Under the pieces are notes generated by a model, which worked only from the letters and a program-made list of their open reading frames with translations, did not search any database and was not told the DNA's origin. Below are positions 12,251-24,482 of a stretch of 63,924 nt of DNA, piece after piece. The stretch is from assembly GCF_001194135.2 (NCBI RefSeq), contig NC_069000.1, positions 9,423,843 through 9,487,766 of the forward strand, in the 5' to 3' direction. A program made the position numbers and the translations under genes. The DNA is from Octopus bimaculoides (Eukaryota). The first letter of the stretch is position 1, and every line of letters begins with the position of its first letter.

Positions 12251-13954
12251 AACTTGTAGTGTTGAATTTAATTCATCATATGGGAAAAGATAAGCATTCT
12301 ATTTAAAGGAAGATTTGTCTCTTATCTACTTAACACCACAAAAACTGGAGATAAGTACCAAGCCATGCAAGTGGACTACTGTGTTTCAGAAAGGTATTAG
12401 GCTTTTTTTTTTTTTTTTTTTTTTTTTAAGAAATTCTCATAAAGGTATTGTTTTCTAAGTCATTAACAGCCTTTTCTGAAATCTGAAGAAAAAAATTTAC
12501 TGAACTCCATAACACTGTTTTGATGCTATACAAGAGAGCCAACAACAGATATATGTTCTCACAAGACAATTAAAAAAAAAAGAATTATTGATGGTGTGAA
12601 GGTGAATTCATTTAGTTATGACCTATTTGGGGGAAAATGAGTTGGTTGGCTTTAAAAATAAAATTAATATACAAACAAAATGGTTTGTAGGTGACTGAAT
12701 TCAGCAAAATTTCAAAAACAATGACCATCATGAATATTTTTTCCAATGTCTGATGCAATTAATCAATTACAATTTATGTTAATGGAAAAAGGTCAATATT
12801 TAATGGAATAACTGTCAACCAAATTACTAACTCTAAAATTTCAAGCATTATTCATATTTTAACTGGTTCCTTCCATTCTAATACAAATATTTTCTTTTTA
12901 CAAAATTTAAGAACTAAGGCTCTGAATAACTGTCAACATAGATATAAGAGTTGCAACTACCAAGTTGACAAGGTGATGGAGAGTACCTACTGAAGCATAT
13001 GTAGTCCATATCCTGCATTCACACTGTGAGAACACTTTATTCTTAATGGATTATCATGTCTATAAATAGATATTATAGTTGGGAATACTGTGAAATTGAT
13101 AAAAGTTTTGTTAGCATGCAGTGCTGAGCTCGACATTTCTCTACAGTATATAACTTGAAAATGTCCAATACTACATAATGAAAATATATATATATAGGAA
13201 GTCTTTAGCCACTCCGGACAATCCAGTTTGTTATGAGATTCACCACAAAAAAATTAAAATATAAAATAAGATAGGGATACAGAAAATACAAATTTCTTTT
13301 TTATGCTTAAAAAATTGTTTTAGTTCCATTAACAGAAACCAAGCTTTAAATATAAAATAGCATTTGTAAAGAGAGAAAAATAACAAAATTAAATGAAGAA
13401 ATTCAGAACCGCATTCTTCATTTGCAATGAATTCAAAATAAGCTGCTCGAAGAAAACCAATCATTTTTGAACTTCCAAATAGCAAAACTAAATGCAGTAA
13501 TAGTATTAATTATCTTCACTGGAAGAGGCTTATCCATTAGTTTCTTAACTAGTAATTCTCATCTTTCTTCTTAAATTCCTCGAGTAATAAATTAAGGGAA
13601 ATTAAAAGCAATCCTTTATGCTGAAGAGCTATCAGTATTTGACAATTTCCAAAACAAGGATACACATTACATAGTGCTAGAAATAATCAATAGCAGCAGT
13701 GGTTAAGAAGACAAACGTTGAAGAGAAATCAATAAAAATTCAATATCCTACAGTTCTGCCAGAACCACAATTGCACCGATAACATAAACAAGAAGCTTTC
13801 AAAGCCTTTAGTATTTGGGAAAGACTATTGATTACAGACAGATAATAAAAACTGGCAACATTGCAATTCTTCAGTTAAATTTTACATTTGATGAAAGCAA
13901 TATTAAGTAATATTTTGGTAAATTATCTAATTTTTGTTAAATGCTATACTTTAT

Positions 13955-13960
13955 ATATAT

Positions 13961-14006
<46 letters not shown>

Positions 14007-14307
14007 NNNNNNNNNNNNNNNNNNNNNNNNNNNNNNNNNNNNNNNNNNNNNNNNNNNNNNNNNNNNNNNNNNNNNNNNNNNNNNNNNNNNNNNNNNNNNN
14101 NNNNNNNNNNNNNNNNNNNNNNNNNNNNNNNNNNNNNNNNNNNNNNNNNNNNNNNNNNNNNNNNNNNNNNNNNNNNNNNNNNNNNNNNNNNNNNNNNNNN
14201 NNNNNNNNNNNNNNNNNNNNNNNNNNNNNNNNNNNNNNNNNNNNNNNNNNNNNNNNNNNNNNNNNNNNNNNNNNNNNNNNNNNNNNNNNNNNNNNNNNNN
14301 NNNNNNN

Positions 14308-14354
<47 letters not shown>
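13955..14354. repeat. (TA)n array containing assembly gap 14007-14307
   Basis: Other gaps: 3317-3394, 15638-16136, 16651-16660, 25249-25270, 58591-59258. Most large gaps are bordered by (TA)n; another (TA)n lies at 24908-24947. Confidence 0.97.
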
Positions 14355-14356
<2 letters not shown>

Positions 14357-15344
14357 TCATATATAATAAATTGTAAACAAAAATCTCTGAATTAAGGTAA
14401 AAGTAAATGGGAGGGAAAAGATATTTTAAAATAAGATTATTTCTAAGAAATACAACTTCACCTTTTTTCCAACCCAGTTCCATAAATTAATTTTGGCTGA
14501 GATACAGTTAAGAAAATACCACAACTATACTGGTATTATTACATATATAAAAAAAAAACAAACAATGCTGCCTAAATGCAGCTAGGTGATTCTATAGGGT
14601 TTTAAACAACTAGCTCATCACATATATGTCACTGGCACTCTGCCAAGTCATTAGTGAAAATATTTAATTCTCTCTATCAACAATATAACTGAGAGGAAAT
14701 ACTTTATTTGTTTTTAGATTTTAAATCACCTTACAGGGAGGTTTTGCTTAGTAACTGCCTAGATAATCTCAATTGATACTAGTTTTTCAACTCATCTATA
14801 TTACATGTGTGAAAGTCTACTGCATTATTATTTAGTATACATGGCACTGCCTGAGGTATTTTCCCTCAGTCTTTTAATTGTCCTGGCCTAGTTCATGAGG
14901 ATGCTGCAAATATATACTATGAGAAGGTAGTTACTCATCACTGAAAAGAAAGAAAGCATTTTATAACTGTTGTGTACTTCATTAGGCTCAATGTTAAATC
15001 CAATTTCTGCTCTGGATCAGGTTCTGACAGATGCACTCACTCTACATACTCCCATTATAACCAAATCAAAGCATACTTGATATATATTTGTTTTATTTTC
15101 ATTTCTTTCAGTCATTAGACTCCAGCCATGCTGGGGCAACACTTTGAAGAAATTTTTAGTCAAATGAATGGACCTCAGTACCTTTTTTTTAACCTGGTAC
15201 TTATTCTATCGGCCTCTTGTACCAAACCGCTAAGTTACAGAGAAGTAAATACACCAACACTGGTTGCCAAGTGGTGGTGGGGTGATAAAGACAGATACAG
15301 ACACAAAGGCGCACATAGACACACACACACACATATATATATAA

Positions 15345-15615
15345 TCATCAACATCATTTAACATCTGTTGTTCATGCTGGCATGGGTTGGACTGTTTGAC
15401 CAGGGCTGGTAAGTTGGAAGGTTGCACCAGACTCCAGTCTGATTTGACATGGTTTCTACAGCTGGATATCCTCCCTAATACCAACTACTCTGAGAGTTTA
15501 ATGGATGCTTTTATGTGCCACAGCTACAATTTGACTTGGCTTGATGAGTCTTCATCTCAAGCACGATATAATGCCAAGGTCTTGGTCATTCATCATGGCC
15601 TCCGTGAGGCCCAAC
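15345..15615 (+). mobile_element. Repeat family D (CAT-repeat headed, LINE/SINE tail type)
   Basis: CATCATTTAAC..TTCCATGCTGGCATGGGTTGGAC motif, also seen at about 1225-1320 (+), 2765-2900 (-), 20275-20375 (+), 20650-20800 (-), 41685-41810 (-) and 58140-58262 (-). Confidence 0.78.
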
Positions 15616-16136
15616 ACTCAATATATATATATATATANNNNNNNNNNNNNNNNNNNNNNNNNNNNNNNNNNNNNNNNNNNNNNNNNNNNNNNNNNNNNNN
15701 NNNNNNNNNNNNNNNNNNNNNNNNNNNNNNNNNNNNNNNNNNNNNNNNNNNNNNNNNNNNNNNNNNNNNNNNNNNNNNNNNNNNNNNNNNNNNNNNNNNN
15801 NNNNNNNNNNNNNNNNNNNNNNNNNNNNNNNNNNNNNNNNNNNNNNNNNNNNNNNNNNNNNNNNNNNNNNNNNNNNNNNNNNNNNNNNNNNNNNNNNNNN
15901 NNNNNNNNNNNNNNNNNNNNNNNNNNNNNNNNNNNNNNNNNNNNNNNNNNNNNNNNNNNNNNNNNNNNNNNNNNNNNNNNNNNNNNNNNNNNNNNNNNNN
16001 NNNNNNNNNNNNNNNNNNNNNNNNNNNNNNNNNNNNNNNNNNNNNNNNNNNNNNNNNNNNNNNNNNNNNNNNNNNNNNNNNNNNNNNNNNNNNNNNNNNN
16101 NNNNNNNNNNNNNNNNNNNNNNNNNNNNNNNNNNNN

Positions 16137-16175
<39 letters not shown>

Positions 16176-16176
<1 letters not shown>

Positions 16177-16315
16177 CAGGCCTCTTTCAGTTTCTGCCTA
16201 CCAAATCTACTTATGAAGCTTTGGTTGGGCCAATGCTATAGTAAAAGATACTTGCCAAAGGTGCCATGCAGTGGGACTGAACCAGTTAGGAAGCAAGCTT
16301 CTTACCACACAGCCC
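16176..16315 (-). mobile_element. SINE family B (tRNA-like head)
   Basis: Reverse complement of GGCTGTGTGGTAAGAAGCTTGCTTCC..GGTTCAGTCCCACTGCATGGCACCTTTGGCAAG..CTATAGC. A/B-box-like head. Confidence 0.85.
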
Positions 16316-16733
16316 AAAAAAGAAGGGGTTAATTTTGCAACTTAATTGACCATTCTTTTAAGAAAAACAAAGCCCTGAGAGTTATTTCTGAATGTAAGGT
16401 TTTTAAAGAAAAAACACAAAAAGGGAGTTGATGAAAAGATTGCTTTGGTACTATTTATAATTGTCATATTTGTAAACTTGCATTAATTATAATATACTAG
16501 GCCATGTGAATCCCACTGTATCAGTTTGTTAAACACTGTTGATCACAGAAGGCTACAATTAAAACAAGGGAGTTTCTACATGGTTCTTTGTTATGCAAGA
16601 AATAACAGCTAAATCTCCCTCAATGTGCTATCATATTTTTTTAAAATGTGNNNNNNNNNNGGGTACACAATGGATAACATAGTGCTAGATACCCCTAGAA
16701 AGACGAGATAGAATACTTTGGTGATAGTCTTAC

Positions 16734-16927
16734 TTGATTAGGGTTGACTTAGGTTGAAGAATAGCAACTAAAACATTTTTGTTGATACTGGAGTCTGCTA
16801 TCTGAATGATAGCAGACTCCAATGTCTGCTGTCTGAGTACACATTCATTTGCCATTTGCATCCAAACCAGCCCACTGTCTACTTGTAAAGCTTTTCTCAA
16901 GGTCACAGTGAGGAGGGAGTGCAAGAA
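16734..16927 (-). CDS. Candidate exon, 194 nt, phase 0-2: FLHSLLTVTLRKALQVDSG...AILQPKSTLI
   Basis: Open 64-codon frame ending exactly at a CAA|GTAAGA donor, elevated GC. Acceptor only moderate. Confidence 0.35.
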
Positions 16928-17322
16928 CTAGCATACATTAACCCCATTATTATTAACAAAACAAATACAAGAGTTGATAAAAAAAAAAGGCTCAGGTCAA
17001 GTGGAACCACTGTCAGTCTTTGTGATGCATAACAGCATCCATCATCAGGCATATTTTTTACACTTGTACATATAAATTTTAGACATTTTTTTTCCATTAG
17101 ACATTCTTAGCCAACCTCCCACTGCATCCTGCAATGCAAACAAATATATATATTATATTCCATTATATCACATTATATATTATTTTATATATAATTTTAT
17201 ATCACATTACATTATATATATTTACTTTTTGTTTTCTTCAGACTATTTTACTATTTTTAAGAATAATAGTGCTTTTAGAAAATTACTATCTTAAAATCTC
17301 ACAACGAGAGATATTCAGCAAC

Positions 17323-17692
17323 AGTACTTTGGAGTAAAGACTGTTTGCCAACATAACATGGCAGTCCTGGTTTAGGACGAATGTTGCTGTAATTTAGCCC
17401 GAGGAGACATTGTCTCCAGCTGGTTATACAACACAATCTGTGTCCTTATATTTTCAAACAAGGGAATCTAGCAACCCCACTCAGCTCAAAACAATATCGG
17501 AAATCATGATACACAGATACTGTTTTGAGCTGAGTGGGGGTGCTAGATTCCCTTGTTCGAAAATATAAGGACACAGATCATGTTGTATAGCCAGCTGGAG
17601 ATGATGTCACCCAGGGCTAAATCACAGAAACATTCGTCCTAAACCAGGACTGCCATGTTATGTTGGCAAACAGTCTATACTCAAATAGTACT
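17323..17692. mobile_element. Fold-back MITE with about 176-bp inverted arms
   Basis: Arms 17323-17498 and 17516-17692 are near-complete reverse complements around a 17-bp spacer. Ends are AGTACT, compatible with a TA TSD. Confidence 0.88.
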
Positions 17693-18506
17693 TTTATTTT
17701 AGTGAGTATAAGACAAGAACATGCCAACTCTGGTTGGTTATATATTCAAACAATATATAGGACTGATTAGGGCTTCATGGCAGACATAATGCTCTTGAAA
17801 AACAAGTAAAAGTTTATTTTACTGTTCAGTAATTTATATATTTTACTGTGTTTTAAAATGATTTAATAATATTATTCATAACGATTTGATGCTATCACTG
17901 AGTAGGCACTAGATGAAACCATATCAACTCTTTGATTGATTCAGATTACTACTAGATAGTCTTGATAGTCGATAGTCTAAGAAATAGCCTCTAGTCCAAT
18001 ATTATCTACCAATGGCACAGTATCTAGCTGTAAAAACACACCAAAAAGGAAAAAATTATTGAAGACATTGCATGATGGATAGAATCCTTTGGTCTTCTCA
18101 GAACAACCTCTCTAAAGCTAGTGTTGAGATGTAATGCAAGGTATTAATGAAAGAATGAATGGAGATGTAGTTAATATATGCTATTCAATTAATAATTCTT
18201 TAACCACTGAAATAAATTGATATAAACAAGATAGTAGTGCCATTATGTATTAGAAGTATGGAATTTAAATAACATTAGTTGAGGAACATGGAAAATAGAG
18301 AAAAGCTATCTATCATGATATGTATTTATCATAACATGTATTTACAAGACTCCTTTGTTAAAAACGCCCCCACTCTCTCATATCTATCTGTAGAGATTAA
18401 TATTAACCTATTTATCAAGTTAGAAAGCTAGAACTAAGACTTGTAATTTAATATTAATATTTAATGTTACAAACTGAATGCAAAAGTGAGGGCAATGCAC
18501 TCAGTG

Positions 18507-18545
<39 letters not shown>

Positions 18546-19058
18546 CACGCATGTGTGTGCATGAGTGAGATGTGGAATTTACAAGCTGCAATGCAAGCTA
18601 CTATCTTGGAGGTAGTTACTTCAAATAAGAATGGATACAGAATAGAGGAGACACTGTGATTCTCCTTGCCTGGGACAAACTTTCTAGTGTTAGTCGAATG
18701 CTAAAATGCACCCAGTACATGCTGTGAAATGGCTGGTGATTATAAACAGGCAACCAGCCACAGAAAACATGCCAAAATAGAATGTACATGAACATTGCAA
18801 GCCACATCACAAGTTACATATACAGGAAAGTAAATGCAGAGTAGCTGGGATACTTATGTCCTCCCACAGGAGACAACTTCTCTGGTATTGTTGGCATGAT
18901 AAAATGCACTCAATCTGCACTATAATGATTACACAACCCTAGAATTGATCCACTTCTCATCTTCTCAACCCATGCAAGTATGGTGGTCGTGGGGGAAAGC
19001 AAAAAACAAGAAGATTATTTAAGTTTTTGCATTGAAAACAATAAGGATGAAGATTTAC

Positions 19059-19094
19059 TTTTCCAAACAATTTCCCCAGAATTATGAATGTCAG
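19059..19094 (-). CDS. Candidate 36-nt symmetric exon (LTFIILGKLFGK or xDIHNSGEIVWK)
   Basis: TTATTTTCTGTAG acceptor, AAA|GTAAAT donor, two open frames. Confidence 0.33.
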
Positions 19095-19375
19095 CTACAG
19101 AAAATAATTTATATTTAAAACAAGCTAAATTTGATATTTATAAAAAATTTTTGAGTCATAAGTGCACATCAGAATATGCTAAAATATTTGCATAATAATG
19201 AGACACAAAGAAAATCCTAGACATAGTGTAAAATAATATTAATATTTCAGTATTTCAGTTGTATGCGTGTCTACATAAATACACACACACACACAAAATG
19301 TTCCACTCACTAAATTCAAATAGAATGTAATTCATAACAGATGGCCATATATTTTAGTTTGTATGAGCTTATTAA

Positions 19376-19548
19376 CCCTTTTGTTACCATATTTCTGTTT
19401 GAATACATTGTTTTCCTTCAAATTAATTTTAAAAATAATGAACAATATAGTAAAATAATTTTGTCATTATTAAGCTGGTGCCTGAAACATAAATTAACAT
19501 GAAATTTGAAAGGAAAGTTTTTGATTCAGATCACTTTATAACAGGAAG
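19376..19548 (+). mobile_element. piggyBac-type non-autonomous element, one end
   Basis: TTAA|CCCTTTTGTTACC. A related internal segment lies in reverse orientation at about 37265-37400. Confidence 0.6.
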
Positions 19549-19571
19549 TCAGTACCATAGAATCACACACA

Positions 19572-19618
<47 letters not shown>

Positions 19619-19669
19619 ATATACACAAATAAAAAGAAAAGAAAAAAATGTTATTGCATTTAATCATGA

Positions 19670-19850
19670 CAGACGGAAACAATTAGTTCATTTTGCAACA
19701 AAGCGGCTGAAATTTGATTCCAAAGAGAGTGAAATTATCACCAAGACTGCAATGAAGTTGGGAGTTAATTTTCATGATGTAGAATCACTTATCAAAGAGC
19801 CACCTGAAGAATGATCATTCCAGCGCACAAACCCACAGGGAATATAATTT
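19670..19850 (+). mobile_element. Possible pogo/Tigger-like transposase C-terminal relic
   Basis: ESEIITKTAMKLGVNFHDVESLIKEPPEE*S resembles the I...A..LG....DVE.LL pattern. Weak. Confidence 0.28.
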
Positions 19851-20097
19851 GTATAATTAGCATAGCAGAAACTTATTCCAGTGTGTTACACACCTTTAAT
19901 CTGAAGGTTTAAAGAAAAAAATAGGAATAATATCCACCATGGTCCAAAATTAAGTGAAGCAAGAGGATCAGAGGTGTGAGGTATTCAGAATATTAAGACA
20001 ATGTATTAGAGAGAACTGAGATGTCATTTGGAATGATAATGGCACTCGCTGACCCTGAAAATATGCATATTTTTAGCAAATGCCCTACAGCCTATAT

Positions 20098-20275
20098 AGG
20101 CACAGGTATGACCACGTGGCTAAGAAGCAGATGGCTAAGAAGCAGATGGCTAAGAAGCACGTGGCTAAGAAGCAGATTTCCTCTGCATGTATGCTACTGA
20201 CTGGTGTCCTCTACCATAGCCATGGATTAACTAATATCTTGTGAGTGAAATTTGCTAGAAGCTGGAAGAATCGTC
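20098..20275 (+). mobile_element. SINE family B variant with a 4x tandem head motif
   Basis: (TGGCTAAGAAGCA(GA/CG))4 at 20117-20176. Confidence 0.7.
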
Positions 20276-20379
20276 ATCGTCATCATCATCATCATCATTT
20301 AATGTCGATTTTCCATACTGGCATGGGTTGCGTGATTTGATGGGGGTTGGCAAGCCAGAGGGTTACACCAGGCATCCTC

Positions 20380-20620
20380 ACCTTCCCTTTTTCTCTCAGA
20401 TTCAAATGTTTCTACCTTCTTCCACACACTCAATGATTATATGCACACACCAACACCGCACATCCCCTACTAACCCACAACACTATACTTCCATACTATA
20501 CACCTCTGCACACAGACACCACAAAGTCACAAATACAACACTCCCTACCTTATGCCCACTCAACCCCCCTCATCCTTTTTTAACTCCCTTTCAAGAAACC
20601 ACATTTCCATCTGGCCCCTA
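20380..20620 (-). mobile_element. Degenerate LINE 3' fragment (RTE-like)
   Basis: Purine-rich minus strand with CVEEGRNI..EKKGKVR, resembling CVKKC..EG.RGRGRP. Weak. Confidence 0.35.
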
Positions 20621-21540
20621 ACCACTCACCCAGGTTTGTTCTCTCTCACTTGTATGTGTGTGGGTGGGGGTCATCTGACTGTAAAAACCATGCCAAACCA
20701 AATTGGAACCTGCAGCTGCCCAGCTTACCAGTTCTCAGTCAAACTGTCCAACCCATGCCAGCATGGAAAACACACATCAAATGATGATGATAATGATGAT
20801 GAAATATTATATACATAATATAAAATTTATATATAAATATATCCTAGCAATACCTTCAGCATCATCCAAAACATGTTAAGCTTTTTGTTTAGCCCTTCAT
20901 AGTAAAATAGCATCTGCTGAACTATATCACTAAAATATCTATACTGAATGCAGTGTCAAGTCCTAACTACTGGGGTTTAAAAGTTACATAAAGACAGTAA
21001 ATAAACACATCAACCATGTAAAATATCATTTCTTTGAAAAACAAAAATGATAATAATATTGACGCCTTTTGTAAGTTTCCAAACCAATCTATAATATTTA
21101 CTTTGAATCAATATGATCCCTGCTTACATATATATAATCCTTGTATTGCATCAAATGTCCATTCAATAACTTTGAATCAATCACTCAGAATTTAAAATAG
21201 CTTTAAAACAGACAATTTATCCTCCAGAAATCTATATTACTGCTAATGTAGAATTTATGTATTCTTCTCAAAGAGAACTTCCAAACAGAAAGTTTCTGAA
21301 TTCTTGCTTTTTGTCTTTTAGAAATTAAAAAAAAAATCCAATGCAATATATTTTTAACTTAACTCTATGAAATTCCTTGTTTTGGGTAAGGTGTACAAAT
21401 GTATGTACATGTGTGTGTGTGTGTGTGTGTGTCTGTACACATATATATGTGCATGTGAACAAACAAAAGAAAGTAACACTGACCCTGATTTGATTGGAGT
21501 TACATGTATCTAATAGCAGTTTGACTTAGCCCCATCTTAC

Positions 21541-21622
21541 TTAGTTTCGTGGGCACAATGACACATCCACCTTGTCAGATAGTCTTTCTCGAACAGCTGA
21601 CAAAATGGACATGTCCAATGAG
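21541..21622 (-). CDS. Candidate exon (frame ambiguous: xHWTCPFCQLFEKDYLTRWMCHCAHET or xSLDMSILSAVRERLSDK to 21571)
   Basis: TTTGCAG and TTTGTCAG acceptors, donors GTGGAT (21570) and GTAAGA (21540), CpGs retained locally. Confidence 0.33.
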
Positions 21623-21952
21623 CTGCAAACTTGATAAATGCATGTATGTATATATTATCAATTGTTGAATCAGTATATATACTGATTCAATACCTATTTC
21701 GTAGGGAAGATGAAAGGCAAAGTTAGTGAGATAGTTAATGAGGCAGCATTAATAATCTACAGAAAGATTATTACCTTTCTGTAGCAATCACATCATCATA
21801 ATCATTTTAACATCCATGAGTCAGATGAAGTTTCTTTAGAAGCAGATTTTCAACAGGCAGGTGTCTTTCCTATCACCAATCTTCACCTGTTGCCAGATAT
21901 GTTCTCACAGAATATTGGAAATGAAGACAGATGCACACACACACACACACAG

Positions 21953-22135
21953 AGTGGGCTCCTTTCAATTTCCATCTACTAAATCCACTCACAAGAGCGG
22001 TTGGTTGGTCCAAGGCTAAAGTAGAAGACACTTTTCCACACAGTGGCACAAAGTGTATAAGTTGCCATGCAGTGAAACTGAACCCCAGACCATGTGGTTA
22101 GGAAGTCAACGTCTTACTACACAGCCATACCTCCA
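21953..22135 (-). mobile_element. SINE family B
   Basis: Same head and body, with a (CA)n tail. Confidence 0.82.
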
Positions 22136-22640
22136 CCTATTAATCACCACAGAAATGATATTTTACTCAGGCACAAAGCCAACATTTATGAAAGCAACTG
22201 AGTAAGGATCTGACTCACCCCATATATCTTGGAACTTATTTTATCAATCTCACAGGGTTCACAGATAAATGTTGAATTTAGTTAGAACTGAACTCATAAC
22301 CAAGAACAAAAGCACTTAATACTGCAATGCTAATTATCCATCACCACTGCCACCACCATTACTACTGCCAATGCCACACCCATCACTACTATATTCCCCC
22401 CACACACACACACACACATTACCATGATATCAGTTTTCCATACAGACATCAGTTGGACAAGTTGGCAATAGAACAACTCTCGATATGTCTTCATTTCACT
22501 CAGGAATCTCAATGTTTTCAAACCTGATTTAATTCTATCACTGACAGAATTTCAACTTCAACTCACAAGAACACTTTTTGCCTATGTATCATTCACTTAC
22601 ATAACAAAAACATAACAGTGCAGTCATCTTCCTGTCATAC

Positions 22641-22675
22641 ATCAGCTATTTCCTCAACTCCCTTGTGTTCGATCT
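22641..22675 (-). CDS. Candidate 35-nt exon xIEHKGVEEIAD
   Basis: Long T-tract acceptor, GAT|GTATGA donor, one open frame (phase 1-0). Confidence 0.27.
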
Positions 22676-23104
22676 CTAAGTTAACATTGCACAGAAATAA
22701 AAGTTTAAAAAAAAAATTCCTTTCTAATTGATCCACATTTTCAACATTCAATCCTCATGTTTCACTACTATACAACATCACAGTCATTTCATATGCTTCA
22801 TGTAGTCTACCTTCCATATAACATAAATTGCATTATAGTGCAAGAAACAAAAATAAGTGATGTATAGTATACAAACTTTAGAGATTGCTGGCGCATTGGC
22901 ATTTATTTATAACTTTTAATCCAGTCTGCAGAGAGTTCAGTCATCTTATTCACTAAATTAAGACCAAATGGATTAACATATTGAACCCTTTAAGTTGTAA
23001 TTTGTGAGTTCAATTTCATGTAGGAATGTATACATTGGAAATTATTAAAAAATATATACATAAAAAAGAAAGGAGATTAAATCATCATCTTTTAATTGAT
23101 ATTG

Positions 23105-23400
23105 TGTAACCCCAGTGTCAGTACTGATTGAGCAGACTTATGACCAAAAGCATTCCAACTGTGTGACTATTACCTATTTTTCCTGATGTAGTGTACGAAG
23201 GATTACCTGAATTATTGTGTTCTCAATAATTTTTAGTGTTCAAAGTGGCTAACTTTGTAATTGTTGTTACTGTTTAACCCCAACTCAGCTTTGATCAGCA
23301 GAGCTATGATTAAAAGCATTCCAGCTATGACCTTCCCATCTTTTTTCCCATATACAGTGTATCAAGGACTACCTTATTTCAATGTCCTATTTTTAAGATT
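23105..23400 (+). repeat. Head-to-tail dimer of an interspersed repeat (two diverged units)
   Basis: TAACCCCA..GA.CAG..TATGA..AAAAGCATTCCA.CT.TGAC occurs at about 23105 and about 23272. Confidence 0.7.
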
Positions 23401-24035
23401 GTAAAGTATTATGTAGTTGTTATCATCACTAATAGGAAATTTTCATGTAAAGGCTTCATCATTATATATATACTGTGGTGGTTAAATAAGTAGAGAGTAT
23501 AAATCTAAGCATAAACATTTCCCACTTCAGACTCGAGTGTCTAAAATTGGAAATGATACCCAGTTGTAAAATATTTGCAACAATTTGTACACAGTGGTTT
23601 AAATTTCAGAAATTCAACCCATGTGAGGGCAAAGAAAGATTGGATAAGGTTCACTTAGGAAACATCTTTTAAATACTTTTAGAAATTCTCTAGAGATAAA
23701 CGAGAGGGTAATTGTGTGAGGTCTGCATTAAAATGTCAGGAAAGCTATTCTTATTCTATAATAAACTATTATAAACATAATGTGTATTATTTAAATATTT
23801 GCAATGGGTGGTAATACTGAACTTTTATATAGATTTAATAGGCTTTTTTTTCTTTTAAGTAGCTTTTGAATAAGCATCTAATTAAATTTATGAAATCTTC
23901 AAGTCATAACAACTTGTGTATTATGGTTAACTAGTATTTTGTATCAGATCATTTAAATTGATCACTACAAATTCAGATTGAAATTCAGATATCTGATCCA
24001 ACAGAATACTACAAACACATGCCTCAATATTTTAA

Positions 24036-24256
24036 CCCTTTAGCATTCAGATTATTCTGTCAAATGCAATACGTATTTATTTACATTCTTTTGAGCTCAT
24101 CAAAGGGTTATCTCATAGCTTCAAGATTTTGATGATGTGATTGTTTATTTTAAGACCGACATTGTCAGATATGTGTGAAAGGCTGGATCTGACCAGTCTG
24201 AACATAAAGGAGGTAGAATATTTGGGCTGGATTTGGCTGGTTTAAATGCTAAAGGG
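24036..24256. mobile_element. TTAA-flanked piggyBac-type MITE
   Basis: TTAA|CCCTTTAGCATT ... AATGCTAAAGGG|TTAA. Confidence 0.9.
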
Positions 24257-24462
24257 TTAAAGTTAATGCCAAGTTTCTCTGAATCATAAACAAACAACTT
24301 TAAATTCCATTTAATCCAAGATTATTTGTGCCACTGAAATCTCTCTGGTAACAAGTATGCTCCTTATTTAATTCAAACAGACACACAGATACATTCTGCT
24401 ATGCTTTACATGTATCCATGTTAGCAAAATCCCAACAGTACACAACCCAGTCAGTAACTCAC

Positions 24463-24482
24463 AATACACTTGGGGCTATTTC
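24463..24482 (-). CDS. Candidate 20-nt micro-exon
   Basis: TTTGGTACTTTCTAG acceptor and ATT|GTGAGT donor; two open frames. Confidence 0.28.

Noticed and set aside
16176-16315. tRNA gene calls for A/B-box-like sequences
   Set aside because: These are SINE heads continuing into a shared non-tRNA body; no complete cloverleaf.
13888-16332. Long ORF calls (141-284 aa) over 13.9-16.3 kb
   Set aside because: They are artefacts of N-gaps and (TA)n repeats (X and YI runs).
20117-20176. CRISPR-like short repeat array
   Set aside because: Units are contiguous with no spacers, derive from a SINE head, and the context is eukaryotic.
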